63,682 nucleotides of DNA, filler included, from Octopus bimaculoides (GCF_001194135.2; 4 parts of 4 records of this genome joined end to end with filler, not necessarily neighbours in it); one strand, 5' to 3'. Positions 11,641 to 23,374 are shown, counted from the first letter of the whole stretch. A program made the numbers and translations. Notes: generated by a model from the sequence alone, not told the origin.

Positions 11641-11823
11641 TATTGTAAGATACAGAAATAAATTTATTTCTCAAATGCGTGATAATGCTATAAATAGCGT
11701 GATCAGGATAAATTATGGCCGGTAACGTATTTTTCTGCATTATATGGATAATTTGTCCTGATCACGCTATTTATAGCATTATCACGCGTTTGAGAAATAA
11801 ATTTATTTCTGTATCTTACAATA
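11641..11823. repeat. Foldback element or MITE: 76-bp inverted arms with a 31-bp spacer
   Basis: Arms 11641-11716 and 11748-11823 are reverse complements at 74 of 76 positions; TA at both ends. Confidence 0.92.
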
Positions 11824-12533
11824 CATCACAACACTTCTAAAGACAAACTTTGTTTACTTTCATCGTAAAGTTGAATGTCAGATATTATATTCTTTGACCA
11901 TTTGGATATTTATGTAAGCCCTATATTGTTACTGAAGACAGATCTTTAATTTTCTGGTGTAACATCCAAGCAATAATTTCTGTTAGTTTTCGCCTTGACC
12001 TACTTTTGTCTGGCAATTTTCTGAAATTCTCCACGTCATTGGGTTGTTTTAACCATTCTGTTTTAACCATTGTTTTAACCATTTTGTTACCATATTTATG
12101 CCGAAATACACTGCTTTTGTTTCAGTTAATTTTTGAAATAAAGAAAAATTTTGTTAAATAACTTTCTCATTATTAAGCTGGTGTTTCAAACATTAGCAGA
12201 CATGAAATTTTTATGTAAAATTTTAATTTGAACACTTTGAAACAGGAAATTTATACCATAAAACCAGGAGCTGTCTTGGGCTTCTTCAAGGAGAATAATC
12301 AAATTACATACTTTGTAAATTATTGGATGATGATAATAAATTTAAGCAGTGCTTTTATTAAAACCATGTTTGTCAAAACTGCAGTAAGCAAGGGGTAGCT
12401 GTAGTGTTGATCATTTGATCAAAAATCAAATTGACTTATTCCTTATAAAACATTGACATTGTGCTTAGTCTAAAGCAATCGATATTTCTGGATTTATCTA
12501 TACTGTTATTGATCATCTGTCTTATGTCTTCAG

Positions 12534-12634
12534 AGCTCGCAGCAGTTAACAAATGTAATAGACGTGAGTCCTTTAAACACATCCTTTGCACCTACTCTGC
12601 CGACCACTTCTCTACAAAGCATACTTCCAAGCAG
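12534..12634 (+). CDS. ZNF236: ZNF236-like exon 6: linker exon
   Basis: gtcttcag| acceptor and AG|gtaagt donor; 101 bp, phase 0 to 2, fitting the flanking exons. Encodes SSQQLTNVIDVSPLNTSFAPTLPTTSLQSILPS. Confidence 0.75.
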
Positions 12635-12764
12635 GTAAGTGTTGAACAAAAATAATATTAATGAGATACTTATTACTAAATTCAGTTATTGTCAAATATT
12701 CATAAAGTTTTATTATTGAATCTTCCTTTTTGTTTTAGTGTGTTGTTGTTATTATTGTTGAGCT

Positions 12765-13620
12765 AAAAGAATGTCCCACCAACAGAGGTAGCAATTTTCC
12801 AAATTTCTATTTTTCTTATGAAATGCATTGGAGAAACCCACAAGTGTAAATGATGCCATCTTTTTTAGGAGACTCTGAGCTCTTCCACAATTCTTTTATG
12901 TGTCAGGTTCTATGGTAGTGTTGGTCTACCTTTGTTGCTTTGAGAGGAAGTTCTATTAAGGAGCATAGAATGGTAGATTTTTGAGGCTAGAGGTGAGAAT
13001 GTAATTCCTCTGTAGTTCAGAGGTTGGTGGCAGTCACCTTTCTTTGGAAGTGGAAATAAAAGACTTCAAGAAGGCTGTTGATTCATTTTCTTCATAGGCT
13101 TCATTGCATTAGATGTTTGTCTTTGAGGGAACACTTGCAGATGATGGCTGGTATATTATGTAGACCTGGTGTCTTGTTATTTCTGAACCTCTGGGTTTCC
13201 CAATGGGAACAAAACTTCTTAACATCCACTGAAAATGCTATAGTCAAAGTATGTCTGTTTCTTAATACAACATGGATGGAATACATGACAACCAATTAGA
13301 ATGAAAGCCTTCTGCCTATTTGTTCCAACAATAGCACACGAATCAAGATGGTTACTGACTTCAGATATCTTGGGTCCTGTATAACTGACAGTAAGAAAAA
13401 CTTGCTGGCATGCAAAGAGTGTCTGTAACAAGCTACAAAACATTTGACAAATACTTCAGGGCATGTGTAGAGATCATTCTTTTCTTTGGAGCCAAACTCT
13501 GGCTCCAGGTTTGTCTTGGTGGTACATACACCAATTTTCTCATGAGTACTCAAAACATCTCATGGCATGAACACAAGACCAATGAGAAGATTTCAGGACA
13601 CATTCTACCCATCTTTATCA
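12765..13620 (-). mobile_element. Degraded non-LTR retrotransposon (RTE-like) reverse transcriptase fragment
   Basis: Minus-strand remnants RNNKTPGLHNIPA, PLNYRGITFSPLASKIYHSMLLNR and KRIVEELRVS, broken by stops and frameshifts. These correspond to the N-terminal RT-region motifs of LINEs. Confidence 0.7.
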
Positions 13621-13639
13621 TTACTACTTAACACAGATT

Positions 13640-13830
13640 AGCATGCCAGGCAAAATGCTTAGTGGCATTTCATCTGTCCTTACATTCTGAGTTCAAATTC
13701 CTCTGGGGTTGACTTTGCCTTTCATCCTTTCGGGGTCAATAAAAGAAGCACCAGTTGAATACTAGGGTCAGTGTAATTGACTACCCCCTCCCCCAAATTT
13801 CAGGCCTTATGCCTATAGTAGAAAGGATTG
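13640..13830 (+). mobile_element. SINE family B (GAGTTCAAATTC..GTCGACTTTGCCTTTCATCCTTTCGGGGTCGA core)
   Basis: Homologous copies at 18266-18482, 18520-18693, 31770-31870, 35997-36206, 36895-37000, 37717-37932, 45322-45745 and 48850-49005. The core resembles Meta/Ceph-type SINE central domains (recalled, not searched). Confidence 0.75.
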
Positions 13831-14441
13831 TTATTTAACACAGAGTAACCGTTGTTGGCCATTGCTATCATGCTGAATATTAGGCCATATCAGATGTTGT
13901 ATTTTGGACACTTCTGCACCTTAATAAAGGACAGATTACTCAACAACATTGATATTATTGACTGGGACACACAACGAGAAATTGAAGACATACCAAAGCT
14001 AATGAGGGACAGAGTTTTCTGGTGTGGTAAAATGCACCTCAGTTGCAGTTTTTGAAGAAGTTTCCTAAATCTGTGGTATTGTTTTTGTTAATAGTTTTTA
14101 GGTATTATCGATATGTTGCCATGTAAAAAGCACTCAGTACATTCTCTAAAGTGCTTAGCATTAGGAAACCATACTAAAGCAGACAATAAAACTTAGCCCG
14201 GCCCTCTGGCTTGCCATCGCCTGTCAAACTGTCCAGCCATACCAGCATGAAAATAAATGTTTGATGATGATGTGTGTAACCTATGCTTATATCAAAGTAC
14301 ATATGTACTTTACACAGTACATATATATTCATTATATGACTTATTTATTAGTTATGGATTTCATTGTATGTCAGTTGCAGGTTTCATTCTATGTCAGCAA
14401 GGTTGATGTTTAAACTATCTTATTGGCTAATCTTTTAACAG

Positions 14442-14590
14442 AGAACCAAAACAGACTGCTGCTCAGAAACAACGCCAAGCTAATATGATACGTGAAGTAG
14501 AAGAAGGAAAACGTTCTTACAAATGTTCTTATTGTGGTAAAGGTTTCAAGAAATCGAGTCATCTAAAGCAACATGTTAGATCACACACAG
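14442..14590 (+). CDS. ZNF236: ZNF236-like exon 7: one C2H2 finger
   Basis: ttttaacag|A acceptor and CAG|gtatgt donor; 149 bp, phase 2 to 1. Encodes [50 protein letters not shown]. Confidence 0.92.
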
Positions 14591-16349
14591 GTATGTTAAG
14601 AGTGAGTTCTTTGTAAAAGAAATAAAGACTTGTAAAGTTTAATTCATGGCAATCCTGAGTAATTCTGAGATTTGGATCACTATATTCTGTAACTAGCCAT
14701 GGATCTACAACATTCTTCCCTAACTTTGCCTCTATCTCTGACTGTCTGCCTGCCTGCCTTATTGTCTGTCTCTCTCTATCTCTGTCATTCATTATCCTTC
14801 ATTAGTGACATTCATCACTCATTCTTTACCATCGTTTTGTATCTCTCCAATTACTCCCTCTTCTGCCACTCAACCAAAATGTAGTTATCCCCAACATCTC
14901 ATTCTCTTCCATTAATCTTTCTTCTATCACCCTCTTGCTACCGTTACTCTAGTTTTCTCCCCCCCCCACTTCTATTTGTTATTCTCCTTCTTCCACATTA
15001 CTTTCTCTTCTGTTAACATCTTCATCATGTTGTATATATTCAGTGTCCTTGCCAACAATTGTCATGTAGCTGGCACTCTCTTTTCCATTACTCTCTCCTT
15101 TATTACTATCCCTTCTATCGCATATTCCCTAGCTCTCTTCTTTTCTCTCTTCTATCTCCTCTTTACTTTTACTATCCTTGTTCTCTTTCATTATTTCCTC
15201 TTTCTCCCACCCAGTTTTGTGTAGAAAGAAAGGAATAATGAACAGAGACAATGTCAGGAAGAGGGTCTCTTGAGATTTGTCAGGGATAAAAGAAATTTTT
15301 TGGTGCCAATGAACAAGCAAATAAAAACAATGTAGGGTATAGGAGACTCTTTAGTCTTGCTGGAAACAAAACAACTTCTTTAGTGCTGGTGCCATGACAA
15401 AATGTACCCAGTTTGCACTAGAAAGGGGTTGGTGTTTGGAAGAGCATCAAACTGTGGAAACCATGCCAAAAATGGGAATGAGTCAGGGTTCCCAATCCAT
15501 CTAAGAGGGCAGTAACTCTGAACAAGAACTGGCTTGCACCATGATGACCTGTTCACTCTTCCCCAGTATGGAATTCATTATTATCACCTTTGTTTAGTAT
15601 CTGTCTTCCATGCTGGCATGAGTTGGACTGTTTGATAGGATCTAATGAGCCAGAGGACTGTGTAGAGTTTGAATGTCTGTTTTAAGAGAGTTTCTATGGC
15701 TTGATACCTTTCCTAATGCCAACCACTTCGCAAAATATACAGGGTGCATTTCTTTCACAACAGTGGTACTAGGGAGATACCAAGTAACTCGCAAGATAAG
15801 ATCTCTTGCTTGAGTAAGGGTTGTAGTATTGAGGGAAGTGGCTTTATACCAGGTGTTGAGCAGTTAAAGCATGATACAAGGGCTGGGATAAGTGTCTTAC
15901 TGTAAAGGAGATACATGGCTGTCCTGGCTGGAATGAGAGAAAAGCTGCTGTGAAATGATGATGATAATGATGATATCATTTTATCTATTCTTGAGTTATA
16001 AATTGAGAATTATGGAGATGTGCTTGCATAGCAAGTGACCTGATCTGAGATCGTGTGCTGGAACGAAAACAATTGCAGCGTGGAAGGTGTTTATAAGCCA
16101 TTTAAAATAACACACAAAAACCGTTAGATTCACCTCAACATTTAAATTTAATTTGTCAAAATATTTTCGTCGCTTGGAGACCACGACCAGTTCACTGACA
16201 AAATTATGTGCTGCATCTCTTGAGAATATATTTTTAAAAATGCCATTTTCATCATATTCTTCCATTGCTATTTTCCTGAGATTTTTCCAGTGCTATTTTC
16301 CTCATATTTTTCCATTGCTATTTTCATCATATTTTTACTTTTGTTGCAG

Positions 16350-16613
16350 GAGAAAAACCTTTCAGTTGCCTACAGTGTAATCGAATGTTTGTATCGATGG
16401 GAGTGTTAAAAGCACACTCGAGGACTCATACTGGTATCAAAGATTACAACTGTCAAATATGTCATGCGGCTTTCACCACTAATGGGTCTCTCACACGGCA
16501 TATGATGATACATAATACTGTGAACTCATACAAATGCGTCTATTGTTCTGAAATGTTCCGCACAGTCATGCTTTGGCGGAAACACTTACGTATGCATAAA
16601 GAAGCTCAGAGTG
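16350..16613 (+). CDS. ZNF236: ZNF236-like exon 8: three C2H2 fingers
   Basis: gttgcag|GA acceptor and G|gtatgt donor; 264 bp, phase 1 to 1. Encodes GEKPFSCLQCNRMFVSMGVLKAHSRTHTG...YKCVYCSEMFRTVMLWRKHLRMH. Confidence 0.93.
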
Positions 16614-16664
16614 GTATGTATGTTCATAGTCATCAACATCTTGTTGTGAACGAATGACTAACTC

Positions 16665-17197
16665 CTTGGTGTGAAAGGATTGGATAAATGTCAAGTTGTA
16701 AGGGAATGATATCTAATACTGAAAGGAATAACATCTAGCTGTGAAATGAATGAGTGGCATCTTAGTTACGAAAGGAATCATTGTAAAAGGAATAACATCG
16801 AAATTTAAAGGGATGATATCTGTTAGTGAAAGGATGTCTGGTTGTGAAGTCGTGAAAATATTGACTGCCATTTAGTTGTGAAAGGAAATATTTCTAGTTG
16901 TAAAAGAAATGATATCAAGATGTAAGGGAATGATAAACAAGATGTAAAAGACTGACATCAAGTTGTATAAAGAATGATGTCTCTATGTGAAAAGAATGTT
17001 ATTATTTTTGAAAGGACTGACATCTTGTGATGATGATGACATGTACATGTGAAAGAAATAACTCTTGGTATAAAAAGAACAACATCTAAATGTAAAAGAA
17101 ATGATATTTAGATATTAAAGGAATGACATATACTTGTGGACAGAATGATATCTGGATGTGTGAAAGGAATGACATCTAGTTTTGAAAGGAATGATGA
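16665..17197. repeat. Degenerate ~21-22-bp minisatellite (consensus about TGTGAAAGGAATGACATCTAGT)
   Basis: Roughly two dozen diverged units with recurring GAAAGGAATGA(C/T)ATCT. Confidence 0.75.
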
Positions 17198-17200
17198 AGA

Positions 17201-17355
17201 ATTATTTACATTATTTACATTTGACGGATATTTGTCCTCATCTTGTTTGTTATTAACACAAAGTTTCAGCTGATATACCCACCAGCCTTCATCAGGTGTC
17301 TTGGGGAAATTTCGAACATGGGTTCTCATTCCTAAGGTATTTTTCCATATTATTG

Positions 17356-17415
<60 letters not shown>

Positions 17416-17484
17416 TCACTGCCTGGAATTGAACTCGGAATCTTGGAGTTAGTAGTCTGCACTCTTAACCCCAAGATTCCGAGT
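17201..17484 (-). mobile_element. Composite SINE-like element: tRNA-like head, (AAT)n, and a hammerhead-bearing Penelope-like tail
   Basis: Minus strand reads GGTTAAGAGTGCAGACTACTAACTCCAAG..GAGTTCAATTCC (B box), then ~55 bp of (AAT)n, then a tail containing the hammerhead at 17255-17300 and ending TGTAAATAATGTAAATAAT. Confidence 0.6.
17255..17300 (-). ncRNA. Minimal type I hammerhead ribozyme motif (Penelope-associated type), probably impaired copy
   Basis: GACAC-CUGAUGA-A-GGCUGG-UGGGUAUA-UCAGCU-GAA-ACUU-U-GUGUU. Stem I GACAC/GUGUU, stem II GGCUGG/UCAGCU, core boxes intact. Stem III reads ACUU instead of a palindromic ACGU. Confidence 0.7.
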
Positions 17485-18265
17485 AAAAGAGTAAGAGAGT
17501 AATGCGAATAATGGAATGGTACCTTGTTGTAAAAACAGCAATTATATATAAATCCACAGAATGAAAGACTTAGAAAAATTCTCCACCTACCCACCTTTAT
17601 ATACTGTCATAAATTTTCCACCCCTTGTGAGCATGGAAAAGTGGATGTTAAATGATGATGTTTTCCATGTGAATAAATTCATGGCAATGAAAATTGTTTG
17701 TTAAATATATGTAAGACAATGCCAATTGTCTCGACACAAAACATTGTTTATTAAGTGTCATCCAATCAATGGACATGATTCTGTCATGTGATGTTTTTCA
17801 CTCCCACATCATTTATTATTTGAGCTTATGTTGATTCGTCTGTGGGGGACACTTTATGGACTCTGTCAGGTGATGTTAGATATACATTAACTCATTGTTG
17901 TGGATTTACTCTTTTTACCTTAGCACACTTACTGTGGTACAAACAGTTCATTTTGCATTGTGGACAATTGAAGTTACAGTTTACCATATTGTACTTTGGT
18001 TTGGAATTGTTGCAATGTTTTCTTCGTTCATTTATTTGAGCACAATGTCATTATTCATCTCATGTTATAACAGTAGGTAATGGTTGCATGATTTTTTTCA
18101 GAAATATATGATGCGTTCTGTGCCAAAATAAGTTTGGGAGCCACCACATTTTTCTCTTCTTTGCCTGCTGCTTGCAGGAATTCTTATGTATTGGGAGGGA
18201 GTATCCAAGCAAGACAGACGGTTAAGGAAGATGCAGTCATTAGCAAAGTAATATTTTCGTATGGA

Positions 18266-18693
18266 AGGTGGTGAGCTGGCAGAAATGTTAGCATGCTGGG
18301 TAAAATGCTTAGCAGTATTTCGTTTGTCTTTACGTTCTGAGTTCAAATTCTGCCGAGGTCGACTTTGCCTTTCATCCTTCTGAGGTTGATAAATTAAGTA
18401 CCAGTTGTATACTGAGGTCGACCTAATCGTCTGGCCTCCTCCCCCAAAATTTTGGGCCTTGTGCCTTGAGTAGAAAAGAATATTTTCCCATGGTGTGAGA
18501 CAGTGAACTGACAAAATCGTTAGTATGCTGGGCACAATGCTTAGTGGCAGTTCATCCATCTTTACGTGTTGCGTTCAAATTCTGCTGAGGTCGACCTTGT
18601 CTTTCATCCTTTTGGGATAGATAAATTAAGTACCAGTTGAGCACTGGGGGCAATGAAATGGACTTAGCCCCTTCCTCTGAAATTGCTGGCCCT
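18266..18693 (+). mobile_element. Two tandem family B SINE copies
   Basis: Both carry the GTTCAAATTCTGC.GAGGTCGAC..TTTCATCCT core. The second runs into an N gap. Confidence 0.75.
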
Positions 18694-18884
18694 NNNNNNN
18701 NNNNNNNNNNNNNNNNNNNNNNNNNNNNNNNNNNNNNNNNNNNNNNNNNNNNNNNNNNNNNNNNNNNNNNNNNNNNNNNNNNNNNNNNNNNNNNNNNNNN
18801 NNNNNNNNNNNNNNNNNNNNNNNNNNNNNNNNNNNNNNNNNNNNNNNNNNNNNNNNNNNNNNNNNNNNNNNNNNNNNNNNNNNN

Positions 18885-18941
<57 letters not shown>

Positions 18942-19414
18942 AATGCACACACACACACATGAATGCACACAGACACACAGACACCCACCTTACACACACA
19001 GAAGCTTCTTTCAGTTTCTGTCAAGCAAATTGACTCACAAAGCTTTTGTTAGCCTGGAGCTATAGTAGAAGAACTTGCCCAAGGTACCATGCAGTGGGAT
19101 TGAACCCAAAGCCATGTGGTTGGGAAACAAAGTTCATAACCACACAGTCATGCCTGTGTCTTAAAATTTCCCTTCTAAAATTAGCCAAGGTGCCATACAG
19201 TGGGACTAAACCCAAAGCCATGTGGGTGGGAAGCAAAGTTCATAACCACACAGTCATGCCTGTGTCATAAAATTTCCCTTCTAAAATTGAATATTTCATT
19301 TAGAGGTAGGTCAGTGGGTAAAGAAAGTATTAAGAAAGGTAAACAGTTAAGCAAATTTCTATGCTGTTTTATTTAATGTTTTCTGTTTTTCTTGAATTCT
19401 TTTTTTTTGTTTAG

Positions 19415-19590
19415 ATGATGACGAAGGGGAATATTCAGATGGAGTAAGAAAAACCAAGTTTCCTATTATTGAGATAACTGAAGAACAACTTTCCAAGGCT
19501 GATGTTTGTGAGGAAATGACTGTGTCGGAACGTATTCTCATAGAGTCTGCAAGTGAGAAAGATCGAATTAGTGAAATAAAACAAACTCAG
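19415..19590 (+). CDS. ZNF236: ZNF236-like exon 9: acidic linker with SERILIESASEKDRISE motif
   Basis: Long pyrimidine tract with tttag| acceptor and CAG|gtatac donor; 176 bp, phase 1 to 0. The VSERILIESASEKDRISEI motif resembles ZNF236 as I recall it. Confidence 0.9.
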
Positions 19591-20120
19591 GTATACATCA
19601 TTACAATACATTGTTACTTTATTGAGCCATTGTATTTTTGCACCTGGTGCCATGTAAATAGCATTGGTGTGGCTGCAGGTGCCACGTAAAAAGCACTGGT
19701 ACTGGTGCCACTTAAAAAGCACTGGTGATGGTGCCACATAAAAAGCATTCAGTACTCTCTATGGAGTGGGTGGCATTAGGAAGGGCATCTAGCCATAGAC
19801 AGAACTAGATTTAAAGTATGTGTGTGTGTTTGTCCCTCCAAAAGAGATCGATAGAATAAGTACTAGGTTTACAAAAAATAAGTCCTGAGGTTGATTTGCT
19901 TGACTAAAAGCGGTGCTCCAGCATGGCTGCAGTCAAATGACTGAAACAAGTAAAAGAGTGAAAGAGTAATACTGTTGTAGGTTGTTTTCCTCAACCAAGA
20001 TATTTAAGTCCCAATCCTATTTATTTCATTGAATATTTCTGAATTGATAAAATTCCCACAAGAATTAGAATTGGTTTTGCTGTAACTAATTCCTGAAATG
20101 TTTTTTTTTTGTTACTACAG

Positions 20121-20214
20121 GAGAAGCACATAGAATTGGAGAGTCTTCCGAAACATCGACATGAGTGCAACAAATGTCCAAAGAGCTTTAAGAAACCAAG
20201 TGACTTGATAAGAC
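20121..20214 (+). CDS. ZNF236: ZNF236-like exon 10, truncated by an N gap
   Basis: actacag| acceptor, phase 0. Encodes [31 protein letters not shown], then runs into the 477-N gap (20215-20691) in mid-finger. Confidence 0.9.
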
Positions 20215-20691
20215 NNNNNNNNNNNNNNNNNNNNNNNNNNNNNNNNNNNNNNNNNNNNNNNNNNNNNNNNNNNNNNNNNNNNNNNNNNNNNNNNNNNNNN
20301 NNNNNNNNNNNNNNNNNNNNNNNNNNNNNNNNNNNNNNNNNNNNNNNNNNNNNNNNNNNNNNNNNNNNNNNNNNNNNNNNNNNNNNNNNNNNNNNNNNNN
20401 NNNNNNNNNNNNNNNNNNNNNNNNNNNNNNNNNNNNNNNNNNNNNNNNNNNNNNNNNNNNNNNNNNNNNNNNNNNNNNNNNNNNNNNNNNNNNNNNNNNN
20501 NNNNNNNNNNNNNNNNNNNNNNNNNNNNNNNNNNNNNNNNNNNNNNNNNNNNNNNNNNNNNNNNNNNNNNNNNNNNNNNNNNNNNNNNNNNNNNNNNNNN
20601 NNNNNNNNNNNNNNNNNNNNNNNNNNNNNNNNNNNNNNNNNNNNNNNNNNNNNNNNNNNNNNNNNNNNNNNNNNNNNNNNNNNNNNNNNNN

Positions 20692-20912
20692 ATATATATG
20701 TATGTGTGTTTGTGTGTCTGTGTTTGTCCCCCACCATCACTTGACAACCGATGCTGGTGTGTTTATGTCCCCGTAACTTAGCGGTTCGGCAAAAAGAGAC
20801 CGATAGAATAAGTACTAGGCTTACAAAGAATAAGTCCTGGGGTCGATTTGCTTGACTAAAGGCGGTTCTCCAGCATGGCCGCAGTCAAATGACTGAAACA
20901 AGTAAAAGAGTA
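20692..20912 (+). mobile_element. Family A SINE 3' half
   Basis: Near-identical to the tail of 959-1296 and the reverse complement of 25472-25680. Confidence 0.88.
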
Positions 20913-20914
20913 AT

Positions 20915-21230
20915 CACATCATTGAAAACTGAAAGCCACAAGGTAATACATGAATAATTCAAAATAATGTTAATATATAAGCATTGCATTTGACAGAATA
21001 ATCTGAATGCTAAAGGGTTAAACTGACCATATCAGGCCCCAAAATTCTACCTATTTTATATTCAAACTGGCCTGGTTTAGCCTCTTACACCTACCCTGCA
21101 ATGTCATTCTAAAAATAAGCAATCACATCTTTGAAATCTCGAAACTCTAAGATAATTTAAATTAACTTTGAAAAATGCGAATAAATAAACATTACATTTG
21201 ACAAAGTAATCTGAATGTTTAAAGAGTTAA
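20915..21230. mobile_element. Two tandem right ends of a putative TTAA-specific (piggyBac-like) MITE
   Basis: CATTTGACA..TAATCTGAATG..AAAG(G/A)GTTAA occurs twice, ending at 21021 and 21230. AGGG|TTAA is the piggyBac terminal signature. No left end was identified. Confidence 0.4.
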
Positions 21231-21424
21231 ACTGAAAATTCCATCTCATATGTATCATCAATCATTCTTCCACCCTTGTCTGTTATCCGCAACATTCACC
21301 CCTCATCCATCTCCAATCTGTACAGTCACCACCTACTCTTCTCTACCTTCCCTCTGTCTATTTATTATTAATGACACCTCAACCCTTGTTCTTTCCTTAT
21401 ATTTACCCCTTCACCATTCTCCAA

Positions 21425-21770
21425 CATCATCACCATCATCATCATCATCATCGTCGTTTAACGTCCGCTTTCCATGCTAGCATGGGTTGGACAATTTGAC
21501 TGAGGACTGGTGGACCAGATGGCTACACCAGGCTCCAATCTGATTTGGCAGAGTTTCTACAGCTGGATGCCCTTCCTAACGCCAACCACTCCGAGAGTGT
21601 AGTGGGTGCTTTTACGTGTCACTGGCACGAAGGCCAGTCAGGCGGTACTGGCAACGACCACGCTCAAAATGGTATATTTTACGTGTCACCTGCACAGAAG
21701 CCAGTCCAGCGGCACTGGCAACGATCTCGCTCAAATGTCTTTACACGTGCCACCGGCACAAGTGCCAGGA
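21425..21770 (-). mobile_element. Family C 3' UTR variant, inverted relative to 10865-11240
   Basis: Reverse-complement similarity to 10865-11240, including the hairpin modules and (GAT)n tail. Confidence 0.75.
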
Positions 21771-21887
21771 AAGCCTAATTTTAAATGCTTTCATGAGTTT
21801 GAGGAATAAATTTTTATTTGTTACTGTTCTTTTCCTCTGTATTGTATTTAAATAATTTAATCCTTTTTTTTTGTATTTTAATTTTAG

Positions 21888-23146
21888 GAGAGAAGCAGTT
21901 CAAGTGCCACATTTGTGTATCACCATTTTCTACAAAGGGCAGTCTGAAAGTCCACATGCGTTTACATACTGGTGCTAAGCCTTTCAAATGTCCATATTGT
22001 GATCAACAATTCCGAACATCTGGGCACCGTAAGAGTCACATGACGTCCCATCTGAAGTCGGATACTCCCAAGAAGCGCAAAATTAACTTCAAAACAAACG
22101 TCCCTTCAGAACTGGCAACGCTTTCAGTTGTTCAGCCTCAGACAGGTGAACAGGAATTACAAGAACAAGAACAAGAAGAAGAACAACAACAACTGCAGCA
22201 ACAACAAGTGCAACAGCAACAGCAACAACAGCTGCAGCAGCAACAACAAGAACAACAACAACTGCAACAGCAATTGCCGCCTCCGCCGCCTCCACCACCA
22301 CCACCACCACCATCACAGCAACAACAACCACCACCACCACCACCACCACCACCACAACCACAACCACAACAACAACAACAACATGAGGTGGTTTCGGTCA
22401 TAGCAAAAGAAACAGGATTGGTCGATACAAATACGTCTTCAACGAGTGAAAGTTCACAACAAATTGTTAACTTGGATCAGTTACTCCTCCAGAACCAGAC
22501 CAATTTGCTTCCAGTGTCTCTGGCTGTTGCTGGTAACGAGCATTTAGTCAGCAACATTACTATTCCTACAGGAAACGGAGCTGTAGCACCAGCTGCACAA
22601 ACTACTGGCAACCAACTTTCTGAAACTGCATTAGCAGCGCACGTTCTTCAAGGTCTTGAAAGCTTCCAGTTTCAGTTGTCTGGAAACTTGGGACAAAGTA
22701 TCCAGGTTATGGGCCTCGATCCAAGTTTGATGTCTCAGACTATCCACATTGACGATGCTCTTTTGCAACAGTTGCAACAAGGCAGCCTCAATTTAACTTT
22801 GGCTCCAAACTTCGTCAGCAGTCCACCAGCCCAGATACAACTACAAACACCAAATACACAAAACATCATGGCTTCTGTTAACCAAGACCTAACTTCAAAT
22901 GTTGTCACGACTGCAAGTGGTACATCAACACAGATATTGCCAAACACTATTCAGATTCATCCAGTCAATATGCAAGACTCTATCATCATGCAGCCAATGC
23001 CAGCTATCACTGTCACTCAGAACCAAGCAATTACAGAGACAGCTCCCGCGCAGACTACTCAGACGGCTGTTGTGATGAATGGAGGAACTGATGTGGAATT
23101 AAGCACTCAACATGGTTTCATTGTGACTGAACCTGAAGATGCACAG
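21888..23146 (+). CDS. ZNF236: ZNF236-like exon 11: two C2H2 fingers, polyQ/polyP tract and Q/T-rich low-complexity region
   Basis: ttttag|GA acceptor and CAG|gtataa donor; 1259 bp, phase 1 to 0. Encodes [51 protein letters not shown]. Lies inside the 444-aa ORF. Confidence 0.93.
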
Positions 23147-23287
23147 GTATAACGGTTTAGTTATTTATATATGCTCTCTCAAAGTGTTCAGTCAGTCAAT
23201 GCAGTAAAATATTATCTCTGTGTGTTTTGTTTTCAAATTTTGCTAGAGAAAAATTTACTTTTCCTCCAGGGATCATAAAATAAGTGA

Positions 23288-23318
<31 letters not shown>

Positions 23319-23319
23319 G

Positions 23320-23371
<52 letters not shown>

Positions 23372-23374
23372 TCT

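Noticed and set aside
22089-22403. Alternative-frame and antisense ORFs (poly-V, poly-C/G, poly-N/H)
   Set aside because: They are shadows of the CAA/CCA repeat in exon 11.
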